Below are positions 37,601 through 46,200 of a stretch of 64,000 bases of DNA, in pieces. The stretch lies in NCBI GenBank assembly GCA_024704765.1, contig JAKMXF010000122.1, forward strand, positions 643,068 through 707,067, read 5' to 3'. The notes under the pieces were generated by a model. The model was given only the letters and a program-made list of their open reading frames with translations. It made no database searches and had not been told where the DNA came from. Position 1 is the stretch's first letter; each line of letters opens with the position of its first letter. The stretch is from Oopsacas minuta. Lineage: Eukaryota; Animalia; Porifera. The position numbers were made by a program, and so were the translations under genes.

Positions 37601-39826
37601 TGTTTAACAGTGCTGATATAATTATATTCTGGTTCAACTAATAGATATGAAGTCGGGTGTAACAAAAATAGTATATGCGTATTAGAACGTGTACAATAAA
37701 TTACAGTAAACTCTCGTTATACATAAAGTAGTGGCTTCAGTACCAGTATAGGTTAAATGTACCATGCAGTACCAGTACCGGGCGAGCCTCAGTCAAAATC
37801 ATTGGGAGGATTATCTGATTCAAAAGTAGGAGTAGGTTCGTTCTAGCCAATTCGAGAAAGGAATAAGAGTGCTCCATGCTCCATCAACATCTCAAGCCAC
37901 CTAAGTATAAACAGATGCTCAGGACCCCGGATGTATTTCATCGTAAGGGGAGTAAAACAAAATAAATTCAAAGTGGAGGATAACTAAAGCAATTTCTTAG
38001 TTACGGGAATTTACTGTAATTTAATGTGTATTGTGTCATCCCCAATTTCAATATGGATAATGCAGTATAGATGAATAATTATAATAACTCTGCAACTCGA
38101 GGGATTGAGGACATCATTCCAAAAATAAGAAGACTGCATATGGATATACAAATTTACAGTGAGTAGTAAATGAAATAGGTATACTCTAGTCCATGGCCTA
38201 CTATATACACGGGTAGCTTAAGTAAAGAATTGTCAAAATATATCAGGCCATTGATCATATTCTCTTTGATCACGAAAAATTGAAGTTATCATTACAAATT
38301 CAACTAGAATCAGGTTTCCATATATGGTTAAGACATCTAGAATACTTTTGAACCTGCTTTCTAAGGTATCTTAACCACAATGACGCAATCAAAGTTCACC
38401 TTCAATAATGGTAATTATTTGCTAATAAACACCAATATTACAGAAAAAGCCACAAATACCATGAAATGAATCATGATTCGTATTAACTTAGCACAAATAC
38501 ACAATAGAAAGACTGTATTAAAATAAACTTACAACAATGGTTAACAATTATGACTTATTTTGTGTTCGCTTACATTTTTGATGGAATTTCTTTGATTTTC
38601 AAGGATTGACTTTTTAATGATGTTTTTAAGGCGAATATCACTAAAATGATTATTTAACGAGTGTTTATGAAAATGAAGATCATCTTTTGGTTACTTAAAC
38701 TACCATTTAACTAGTAAAAGGTATTATGATAAAAAGGATTAGTTAAAGTTTTGAGTTTCTGAAAAATTGATAAAAATGAAAAAATTACCATGTAAGGGCA
38801 TGAACTTTGATTGCATCATGGTAGTTAAAATAACTTGGAAAGCAGGTTCAAAAGTATTCTAGATGTCTCCACCATATGTGGAAACCTATATACAGATGAA
38901 TTTGTAATGATAACTGCAATTTTTCATGATCAAAGAGAATATGATCAATGGCCTGATATATTTTGACAATTCTTTGCTTAGCTAGCCGTTATATAGTAGG
39001 CCATGTCTAGTCTATAGAGAATAAACCCAACATTGTTCCCCATAAGAATTTGTGGGCAGGTCCAGTGGAAATCCTATAAGAAAAGGCATAGGAATTACCA
39101 TATTGGGAAAACCCCCTATGGCATTTCCAACAGAAATGCAGTGGAATGGAAATTGAATTCCTTACCCACAGTAACCCTGGTAATACAGAGTTGGGCAAGT
39201 AAATGCGTTCAAGGACTAATGAATACGCTCAATTCACTTTACTATGAAAGGTTGATGGTTGTTAAGTTCAGCTTGTTAAGAGTTAGGGCGATGGTCAAGC
39301 TGAAATGGTTCTTTTATGGAATTACATAAAATATTTGGTTACTACGAATCAATTTTATTGTCTTGTCTTTACTGAGACTAACACCCAAATAGACCCTCCA
39401 TCATTATACTCCTCGATAAGTCATCCAATAGTTGGAGAAACTTAAATACAGATGGTTATCAAAGCATGGATTAAACTACCAGTAGAGTTATTTCTGCGCC
39501 TTCTTTCAATGCTCGGTTACAAAAATATTAGACAATCATATCCAAATGCCTCAACAAAATACCAACAGAGCTAGAGAGAGAGAGAGAGATAACATAAAAT
39601 ATATACTAAAATAACTTACCCCAGTTAAAGGACTTGTTGGAGTGAGTTCATCCCCGATAGTAGCATTTTCTAACACTGAAAAGATATATTGCGTATCAGA
39701 AAACTTGGGAGGTCGGTTGTCCTGAGAGGACACATGTTGTAATAGAAAAGAGAAGAACAATAGCCAAATAAACTGGATAAAGAAGGAAGAGGCGCAGCGA
39801 TGGCTGCATATAAATCCAACTCCCAT
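1680..39826 (-). CDS. Cadherin gene B (CDH23/Cr-2-like cadherin-related protein), 5' part; continues beyond the window's left edge
   Basis: Ten phase-compatible GT-AG exons: 39620-39826, 31681-31983, 30500-30748, 27444-27675, 21281-21516, 18274-18612, 17858-18190, 12904-13171, 7394-7840, 1680-1865 (2800 nt, ~933 aa). Signal-peptide-like start, then 8 complete EC repeats with DxND/LDRE-type motifs. Confidence 0.9.
2869..3037. mobile_element. pogo/Tigger-type MITE
   Basis: Perfect 24-bp TIR CAGTAGAACTCGGATAAGACGTAC, TA TSD, internal repeats of CTCGGNTAAGACGTAC. Confidence 0.9.
4241..6470 (+). pseudogene. RAG1-like/Transib DDE transposase pseudogene (~740 aa reconstructed)
   Basis: DGLDGSGSH (D 5137), SMLDGKM (D 5445), SCELC, LHRVLAH, SEEGSEVCNK (E 6207), ARKSS, SDPVL. 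Lesions: probable frameshift ~4290, TGA 4453, frameshift ~5419, TAG 6231. Confidence 0.88.
4591..4635 (+). repeat. (CAA)15 microsatellite / polyQ inside the transposase
   Basis: Fifteen perfect CAA units, in frame. Confidence 0.98.
7394..7840 (-). CDS. Gene B exon 9
   Basis: FVAASDVDTSIFG...LDAESLSVY...VLDFNDNSP...IIQTG|gtgagt; phase 1/1. Confidence 0.9.
8469..9302. mobile_element. MITE family 1, copy 2
   Basis: Same TIRs; perfect 7-bp TSD AACCATC. Confidence 0.9.
9965..10417. mobile_element. hAT-type MITE
   Basis: Ends CAGGGGGCGTAAACTT / AAGTTTACGCCGGTG; perfect 8-bp TSD GAAGGCTA. Confidence 0.85.
11200..11570 (-). pseudogene. Gypsy/Ginger-type integrase fragment
   Basis: MHDNLCHQH...ERYTWPKCLDTIRKYV (HHCC region) and YRVGMDMTGPLIMSNGYQY (start of the integrase core). 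Confidence 0.7.
12347..12487. repeat. Degenerate ~30-32-bp tandem repeat (4-5 units)
   Basis: Units such as gattctaacttttgacagtagtgtcaagaaga and gattctaaattgtgacagcagcctcaaaaaga. Confidence 0.75.
12904..13171 (-). CDS. Gene B exon 8
   Basis: DQTVPFSIN...FDFENISEK...TEDTNDNSP...KIIG|gtaac; phase 0/1. Confidence 0.88.
13869..15168 (+). mobile_element. mariner (DD34D) element, decayed
   Basis: TIRs CGAGGG(C/G)..CT.AATAA.TTTTGAG; transposase remnant 14025-15104 with TVKRWYREFK, TGDETWI, HHDNASSH-34-YSPDLAPCD; frameshifts and stops. Confidence 0.9.
15432..16858 (+). pseudogene. hAT transposase pseudogene
   Basis: BED-like MQGVVNRLKQH, SLSLDEWNNV, GCSTHLLNLLAQD, ASSAGVERIFSTFG...RNKLGNEK; many frameshifts. 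Probable element ends ~13838 (AGGGTTG) and ~17054 (CAACCCAG). Confidence 0.85.
17858..18190 (-). CDS. Gene B exon 7
   Basis: LKYSFQTG...LDFNTQSVY...VDDINDNSP...ATDLDQGLPTPLSLSIM|gtatgt; follows an 83-bp intron. Confidence 0.88.
18274..18612 (-). CDS. Gene B exon 6
   Basis: SHTVSY...VDRDTDNMY...ISDENDNSP...DDDEGVNSE|gtatgg; phase 0/0. Confidence 0.88.
18670..19091. mobile_element. pogo-type MITE
   Basis: TA-flanked imperfect TIRs sharing TTCTATAAGTGG. Confidence 0.6.
19319..19780. mobile_element. hAT-type MITE
   Basis: CAGGGTTGG...CCAACCCTG; TSD TGTAGGAG/TGTAGAAG; subterminal aacccggg repeats. Confidence 0.85.
20310..21129. mobile_element. MITE family 1, copy 3 (opposite orientation)
   Basis: Same TIRs, internal segment inverted relative to copy 1; no TSD. 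Confidence 0.85.
21281..21516 (-). CDS. Gene B exon 5
   Basis: DITVSNLDHETHDQY...IQDSNEYPP...AEDSDP|gtatgt; phase 1/0. Confidence 0.9.
22190..22375 (-). pseudogene. mariner transposase fragment
   Basis: Minus-strand TIVTGDETWIQ motif. Confidence 0.6.
23740..24175 (-). pseudogene. Gypsy-like reverse transcriptase fragment
   Basis: NYIDDVLIFSK (YxDD) and FPRPTSVKELQLLLGKLNFYR. Confidence 0.75.
24199..24908. mobile_element. MITE family 1, copy 4 (internal rearrangement)
   Basis: Both CATG ends present; ~130 bp replaced by a local hairpin. Confidence 0.85.
25076..25581 (+). mobile_element. Internally deleted hAT element retaining the dimerization-domain ORF
   Basis: TIR CAGAGCTGCAAATGGG; TSD-like AATATGGG/AACAGGGG; LLNWWK...RFPLLS...ASSSESERHFS (25199-25465). 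Confidence 0.85.
26783..27000. mobile_element. CAGGGTTGCC-ended MITE (hAT-like)
   Basis: Perfect 17-bp TIR CAGGGTTGCCGTGGGAA; internal ccatggga repeats; TSD unclear; decayed relative at ~39030-39178. Confidence 0.75.
27444..27675 (-). CDS. Gene B exon 4
   Basis: VNVTILILNINDEDP...AMDTDD...AIDPTSG|gttcag; phase 0/1 matches the next exon. Confidence 0.85.
30500..30748 (-). CDS. Gene B exon 3 (EC2)
   Basis: VNPSYERISVTDKDIGNNQ...IDYETKQVFDLVVRAT...FSE|gtttgt; phase 0/0. Confidence 0.9.
31238..31561. mobile_element. CATGTCC-ended MITE family 2 (P-like)
   Basis: ~110-bp inverted arms starting CATGTC(C/T)TACTTGA; putative decayed 7-bp TSD CACTCGC/TACTCAC; partial copy at ~7936-8030. Confidence 0.7.
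31681..31983 (-). CDS. Gene B exon 2 (EC1-EC2)
   Basis: tag|ILATDDEFDNITY...LLDREMTNSYSFDIRANDG...VLDVNDNMP...GHQ|gt; phase 0/0. Confidence 0.9.
32179..32771 (+). mobile_element. pogo/Tigger element, left end + N-terminal transposase (truncated)
   Basis: TA|CAGTGGAACCCTGCTTAACGGCCAC; MASSKRNELDLKRKVE...LRDWFQSARSKNIPPSGPLIQEKA (CENP-B-type HTH) from 32457. Confidence 0.8.
32772..34484 (-). mobile_element. Long-TIR non-autonomous DNA transposon with MULE-NOF-like remnant
   Basis: ~110-bp TIRs starting CACTTGAAT; flanks ATGTT/ACGTT; internal YMPLLPCWSG...SNASVENWFR. Confidence 0.6.
35291..36594 (-). mobile_element. mariner (DD34D) element, pseudogenized
   Basis: Perfect 26-bp TIR CCGAGTGTTCAATAAGTTCGAGTAAA, TA TSD; transposase 36417->35350 with stops and frameshifts; second catalytic D reads N (HHNNAPAH). 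Confidence 0.93.
36777..37065. mobile_element. MITE family 1, copy 5 (internally deleted)
   Basis: Both ends present; TSD GCCGACG/GCCGATG (one CpG-type change). Confidence 0.85.
37704..38016. mobile_element. pogo-type MITE
   Basis: TA|CAGTAAACTCTCGTTA ... TTACGGGAATTTACTG|TA. Confidence 0.6.
38192..39005. mobile_element. MITE family 1, copy 6
   Basis: Full length, 814 bp; perfect 7-bp TSD TCTAGTC. Confidence 0.92.
39620..39826 (-). CDS. Gene B exon 1: signal peptide + start of EC1
   Basis: MGVGFICSHRCASSFFIQFIWLLFFSFLLQHVSS-QDNRPPKFSDTQYIFSVLENATIG...LTG|gtaagt; in-frame TAA just upstream of the ATG. Confidence 0.85.
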
Positions 39827-39917
39827 TAATTATATAATATAATATTCAAATTCTAATAATTCATAAAAAAAAGGGAAGAATTATGACACAATGAATGTAT
39901 AGTTCAACAATGCAATA

Positions 39918-39988
39918 CGCTGGGTCCTCTCTAATTGTCCACCAGTGGGCAATGGGGTCTGAAGTGGACAATTAGTGAGGAACCACTG
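39918..39988. mobile_element. 71-bp pogo-type mini-MITE in the intergenic gap
   Basis: TA-flanked 25-bp TIRs sharing CTAATTGTCCAC. Confidence 0.75.
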
Positions 39989-40181
39989 TATAAAATCCTA
40001 GAGCAAACAGAACAATGGTCAGACTGCAAGTAACATACAATGGATACATGTGCTCTACAAAAGAAACTCAATATTCGGGGAAATATTTTAAATTCATAAA
40101 AAGTTAGGAATAGTGTAAACTAGTCATAAACATAATGAAAATATATAAAATTATGGTATGTTCTAGAATCTTTAGGAAGAA

Positions 40182-40291
40182 TCATATTGCAGATACAGAG
40201 GTATCGTCAAAATAATTGTCATCATCATCCATAGATACATCTAGCGCAGCTGCTAAAAGAGATCCGCCCATACTGCTGGTCTTTTCTGAAC
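40182..40291 (-). CDS. Gene A terminal coding exon
   Basis: SEKTSSMGGSLLAAALDVSMDDDDNYFDDTSVSAI*; phase 1 acceptor. Confidence 0.82.
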
Positions 40292-43200
40292 CTATATAAA
40301 TAAAGAAAATAGGTGAATTAATACTTACAACATAAAACTTTAAAGAGAAGTCACATAGACAAGAATATAATTCAATCAAAAATCAGTCCACAACAGGATC
40401 ACTGATATAAAACTCTTTTTTGATTTCATTATATAAAATTATAATGATGGCTCTAAATATATCATATCTTGTGACACCATTATTTCCACTATCATGCTAA
40501 CTCATTTTGGGATCATGACGTCACCTGACCATGCAATATTTCCAGAATGTTAAATATTCATGACCCTTTCAAAAATTCGTACAAATTTGGTATACGAAAT
40601 GCCTTGTTTAGTTAACAACTACTAACAACGCTAATTTATTTAGAGTGTAGATTACTGAAAAGTGAGTTTTCGGAAAGAACATACATCCATCTATACTATA
40701 AGGGTTGTTTTCATTAAATAATGAGACTAAATTGTATAAATTTAAATGCCGTGGAACAAGTATCAGTATTCAGTGATTCAAATTTTACCAGCGAGTTAAT
40801 TAATATAAGGACATCTAGAGACAATATGGATGAGAATTCTAAGGGGCCAATATATAGGATATAGATACAGTAGATACCGGAGAAAAGAACCTTAATTTGA
40901 TTTACGGAATCTTTTGTATTCTACTCCATAGAATTTTACCGAATATATGAACATTATATGCCGATTAGAAGTACATGCCGGATATTTTTAACGGCAAACC
41001 AGGGATACTCGGTAATGAACATTTAGCATTCCTATCATCCATATTTAAATGATTACAGTGGAACTTCGATAATAGGAACACTAGTTAACATTAGTTCGTC
41101 ATATTCGGGGAACAATGATCGAGGTTCCAATTTATTTTTACACCTTGTGATATTAATCGCAAATAATAATGATATTATTTCGCTCAACAACAACGAGTCA
41201 AAAGATTAACGCGATAAGGAGTAAGTACATTCGTTAAGCATAAAATAAACAAAAAATTCACCGCTAATGAACTCGTCTTCTGGGATTTCATCCAAAAATA
41301 AATCCATCTTAAGCTCTTGAGATTCGTAATTTATCTCTTCTGTGATTGGAATTGGTACAGGACGAATATCAGCTTGATTCAGCACCATATCACGCTGTGT
41401 TGTCAAAACATCTAATCCTTCCATACCCCCGTACACGAAATCATCTGAACGTTTAATGCTACGTTTACCAATGAACCTAGAAACATTAAGATTAACTAAA
41501 CATGTGCTAAATACTCACCTAAAAATTACTTCAGTATTTCAAATTTCGCAATAAAATCCTGTAAATCTCGATTAATAAAGAAATTAAATCATAAACTCTA
41601 TTATATATGTATAACCCACAGGCCAGTAGAAATAGGGCAAGTCTTTGCATAAATCATTTTGATGGTTTATGAATACTAAAACCATTATTATTGATTTCAT
41701 TAAGTGATATTCGTTAAACAATACTCTCAAATTATAAAAAATGGTACTTTTGTCCAGTGCCCAGGGTGTCGCTTCTAAGTGACTATCAATCAAGTTATTC
41801 TTTCAATACACGCTTAAGTAATGAAGAATTAGCAAGAAGAATAAATAATTTCACAAACCTCTGGTATAAAGCGAGAATGTTAGCGAGACAGCCACAAATT
41901 AAGATGATTGCACAGAAGGCGATTATCAGAATAACTTGTATTCTGTTGTTAGGTGGCTGGAGAACAGGATTGACAGTTTCAGTAACAGGCGCCACCGTTT
42001 GTATCTTCCCTTCACATATATTAGATAGATCACTAAAGCTATCATCTATCTATAGGAGAATAGAGGAAATTGATATTGAAATTGTAGAAGAATACATTCC
42101 ATGGAAAATCAACAATTGGGGTCAGCGTAAGTATAATTTGTTGATGTTTTTGGTCGCTACGCGACGGGATATACTCAATATTATGTGCCTCGAGGTTAAT
42201 ATTTTACCGAAATTATAATATTATATTATATTATCCATGGTCCATCTATATCCATTGAATGGCTTTCTGAAGTTACAGCGGTTCTGATACCTGGCATTTG
42301 GTTAGTAATCTGGGCACTTCGTGTTTCAATATCCTGAAATTCTCAAAATATCGAATTTAGATAATTTTGATTTTTTGTTGTCATAATGAAGCAACATTCC
42401 TATGATGAGTTTGCACTTGGTCAAAACGACAGGACATTTGGCCAGGGCACCTGTAATTAAATTTCAAACTTATATCATGTATATTTGCTGAGCAGTGGTT
42501 AATAAAGTGATTTTTCAAAAATCCAGAAAGGTGACAATTACGTCATAATTTCGTCAGAGGTGTGAATTTTCATCCAAGACTCGAACTTGTCCGAGCCAGG
42601 CCCAAAATACCCCTGTATGCCACAAATCAGCCATGGGAGGGTCCCAGTTTCTTCAATCAAATCTGGACATACAAACATATATACAGTTATGCACACATAC
42701 ACATAGATGAATTGCGTATCTAGTCATGTGCGTATTAATATTCTAGTAGTAAAGAAAAACTAAAACTGTGCATAATTAAATTGCTTAGAGTATAGTAGAA
42801 ACAGTTGGCATCTCGTGGTGACCCCCAGTTGTGCACCTGACATATGCAATTTTGTGTGGGGTGTATATTTTAACCCCTTTTCATCTTAATGCGGCGGGAG
42901 CAGATATGTATTTGGAGGACTAAGAATTGAGGAAGAAGCGGGCGAATTAACAGGGAGCTGGGCAACAAGCTCCCAGAGACAAATTTTTTGACCTCTTTAA
43001 TACAAGAGGTATGATTTGTTACTTCGTATAAATCATATACTGAGAAGCATAAAACAGGTTTTCGTCGATCCATCTAGGAAATTGATTATCTTAATATACT
43101 AGTTAACAGCAAGGCTTTTCAGGTATACTTATTTGTATTAGAAAATGAAATGAATTACTGGGATAACAAACTCAAAATCTTTTGTATTGATACAAATACT

Positions 43201-46200
43201 GACAAAACAAACAGATTATTAGGAGATACCTACAAAGATACAAGAAGTCATTAAAAGAATTATGGCATCGAATTTCACACTGACTTTAAGAAAGGTACAA
43301 ATTCCGATTTAAGTCTAAATGTATGTATTTGGAAAGATACAGCAGAGACGAAGTCTCTGCTATTTGTATTAATAATATACTAATAGTGAACCATCATAAA
43401 ACAAATTCTCCCTCATAAATTTTGAGGAGGCTATAGCACCCAGCGCTAGCCCTATTCCACCGCCTATATTTTAGACTTTGTTCATAGTATTTTGATTAAA
43501 TTTCGATAAAACGGCAATATATTTTGAGGTACTCCTGGGGTGAATTTGTATATATTTATGGTGACTCTATTAACTATAATATGTATTTGAAATTTTCTTG
43601 GATATATAACTAATGATTCAAAGGGAGCTTGCCAGCGAATTCACAAGGAATGAGCCTGAAAATGACCTGAACTGACCTCTATGAAATACATTTCACGATG
43701 ACCTGACCTGACAATGTAGGGCCTTTAAGCAAGCCTACCTCCAAATTCGACTAAGCATCAAATTATAGTAATGTTATGGATTACTTGACCATATTTTCCA
43801 AATCAACAATGGAATGTGTCATGTATCCATTTGGGCAATCTACCAATTTCCCACTGTATAGAAATCGTATACAAATTCCCATACAAATGAGTTATCCTTC
43901 AGTAATTATTCAAAAGAAGTAGGTAATATATACTCTAGGGGTTCGAATAAACGGGGTCCAGCTTGTCAAATGTATATTATTGATTCGAAATGTATAATTA
44001 ACCATGTCTTTATAATGCATGTTTTCGTGAACTAACTGGATTCAAAGCAGATAAGTGCTGCATCTCTATTAGAAAAATGAACACTTTATCTCAGTCCAAA
44101 TTTTCCCATTCTCTTAAACAAAGTTTACCCTCCAAATTGTGAACATCTCTGGGAAAGTGAAATGTGAATACCAAATCTTGCCCCAAAAGTCAAATTGCAT
44201 GGGACATGACCTCCTAAAAGTGAACATAGGATTTTGGGGGCTAAATTGCAGCTACTTGTATATACACGGCTAGATAAAGCAAGGAATTGTCAAAATAATA
44301 TCCAGACCATTGATTATATTCTTTTGATCATGAAGAATTGCAGTTATTATTACAAATCCAACTCTATATAGGTTTCCACATACGGTGGAGACATCTAGAA
44401 TACTTTTGAACCTGCTTTCCAAGTTAATGTAACCACAATGACGCTCTACCTGTTTGAGAGTCCACACATTTGTGTAACCAGTGAAACCATAAATAACAAT
44501 ATTCGTATAAATAGTATTTTTAGATATTTGGGGTCATTCACACGTACTTTGTCAATTAAATCACTCATTTCTTAATTTTCAATGTCTTTTAAAGTAGTAG
44601 TAAACCACAGCAAAATTTACTGTTATTCGTAAACGTGTTTTTCCTGGTCCACATGATGCTCACTTTCTTACTGTATTTGAATAATTTCTGTACTTTGGAG
44701 ATCCTATACCCCCCTACAAGTGACCCCCGGGTATTCGGATTTTGAGTATTCAGATTAAATTTCGGCTCTATAGCATAAATATTCGGGCAAGTCACCGAGA
44801 TCTACTCCATACGATAATGAATCAATTTATATCAAAAATATTAAGTAGAGAATATAATTCGTGTCTTTATGTGAAATTGGTAAGAAATGTTAAATCATTG
44901 AGAGACTTTAGAGGTCATAGAAGTAAATCGTGTTTAACAATCATTTAGAGGGCTGATATTTGCATAACTAGACTCAGCTAGCCTTAGCAGCGTCAAAGGA
45001 GGAGTCATTCTACGGGGTGTTGACAACATTTGAGAATGGAATGTTGTTACTTAAAATTTGATACTGGATATGAATCAGATAGTTAAAAGCTGATTCGGAT
45101 AGAATCTATCCGATAGATTCAGAAGTACATTAGGTCAAATTTCTCTGATTACGGCCGAAGTGTTACGTTAGTAACTAGGGATCGACCTGGGGCACAATTT
45201 TGCCAGGGTCGGGACAGGACCCGGATTGTAATTATTCGGCCGGACCGGGGTTAATAGAACAAGAGTTTCATGCTTACAATCTTTGCATGTGGCTCACTAT
45301 ATTTAGCATTTTAGGCTGGGAGCTAGTGTTGTTTTAAGTTCTTTGATAGGTACTAAATGGCCTGTACTGTATTTGGTAAATGTATTGAATTTTACAAATT
45401 GTTCATTTCTTTCTCCAAATATTATTGTAGTAAGGCTTGAGATTTTGAAGCTTCTATAACATAGATATTTTTTGCTTAAGAAATAACTCTTATCATAAAT
45501 TTAATTAAACACCTCGGATTGCCAAGGGCCGGATTCTCAACAATTTGCAGGGCCCGAGGGCCAGACGGGAAAAAGTACCGATTTTGGGCGGGGGCACCGA
45601 TCGACGCCTATTCAAAACAAAAAAAGAACAAGTTAAATTCACCACTTAGTATTAACCAATTCTCGCACTGAAATCAACATTTCAGCACTTTATTGACGTC
45701 ATAAATCACACATTTTCCCGGCCGTATTCGGTTAATAGAGAAAGCAGAGACGAAGTTTCTGCAATATTTTTCCGAAGAAATTTAAATGAAATCGGCCAAA
45801 TGACGATTTTCCCAATAAACGGGCTAATTATTGTGTTTTGTTGATTTTAGCTGGGAATTTGCCAATTTTATTCCATTGGGTTAGAATTTTATTATAAATT
45901 TATTGTTGATATTTGTCACTGAAACTGTACTCATTGATAGAATGAATTTGCAAAACTGGCAACAATACCGGTGGAAACGTAGGTAATATCCCATTTTTTG
46001 ACAGTAGAATACTGCCTATATTGAATTTGAATTTACTTCATCTATTTTTGGCACCTAGCTAAGATTTGTCGAAAAAAATCCAATAATTGCCGTAAATTTT
46101 AGTTTCCATTGGAGGATTTCAATAAAGGTTATTTCGAATTTTAGTCAACCAGGACTTTTCCGAATAAATTAGCTACAAGCAGGAGTTACATTTGTATTTT

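Noticed and set aside
39826-40291. Genes A and B as a single Fat-like CDS
   Set aside because: TM, tail and stop precede a new signal peptide; all frames after the 39853 acceptor are closed; no EGF/LamG domains.
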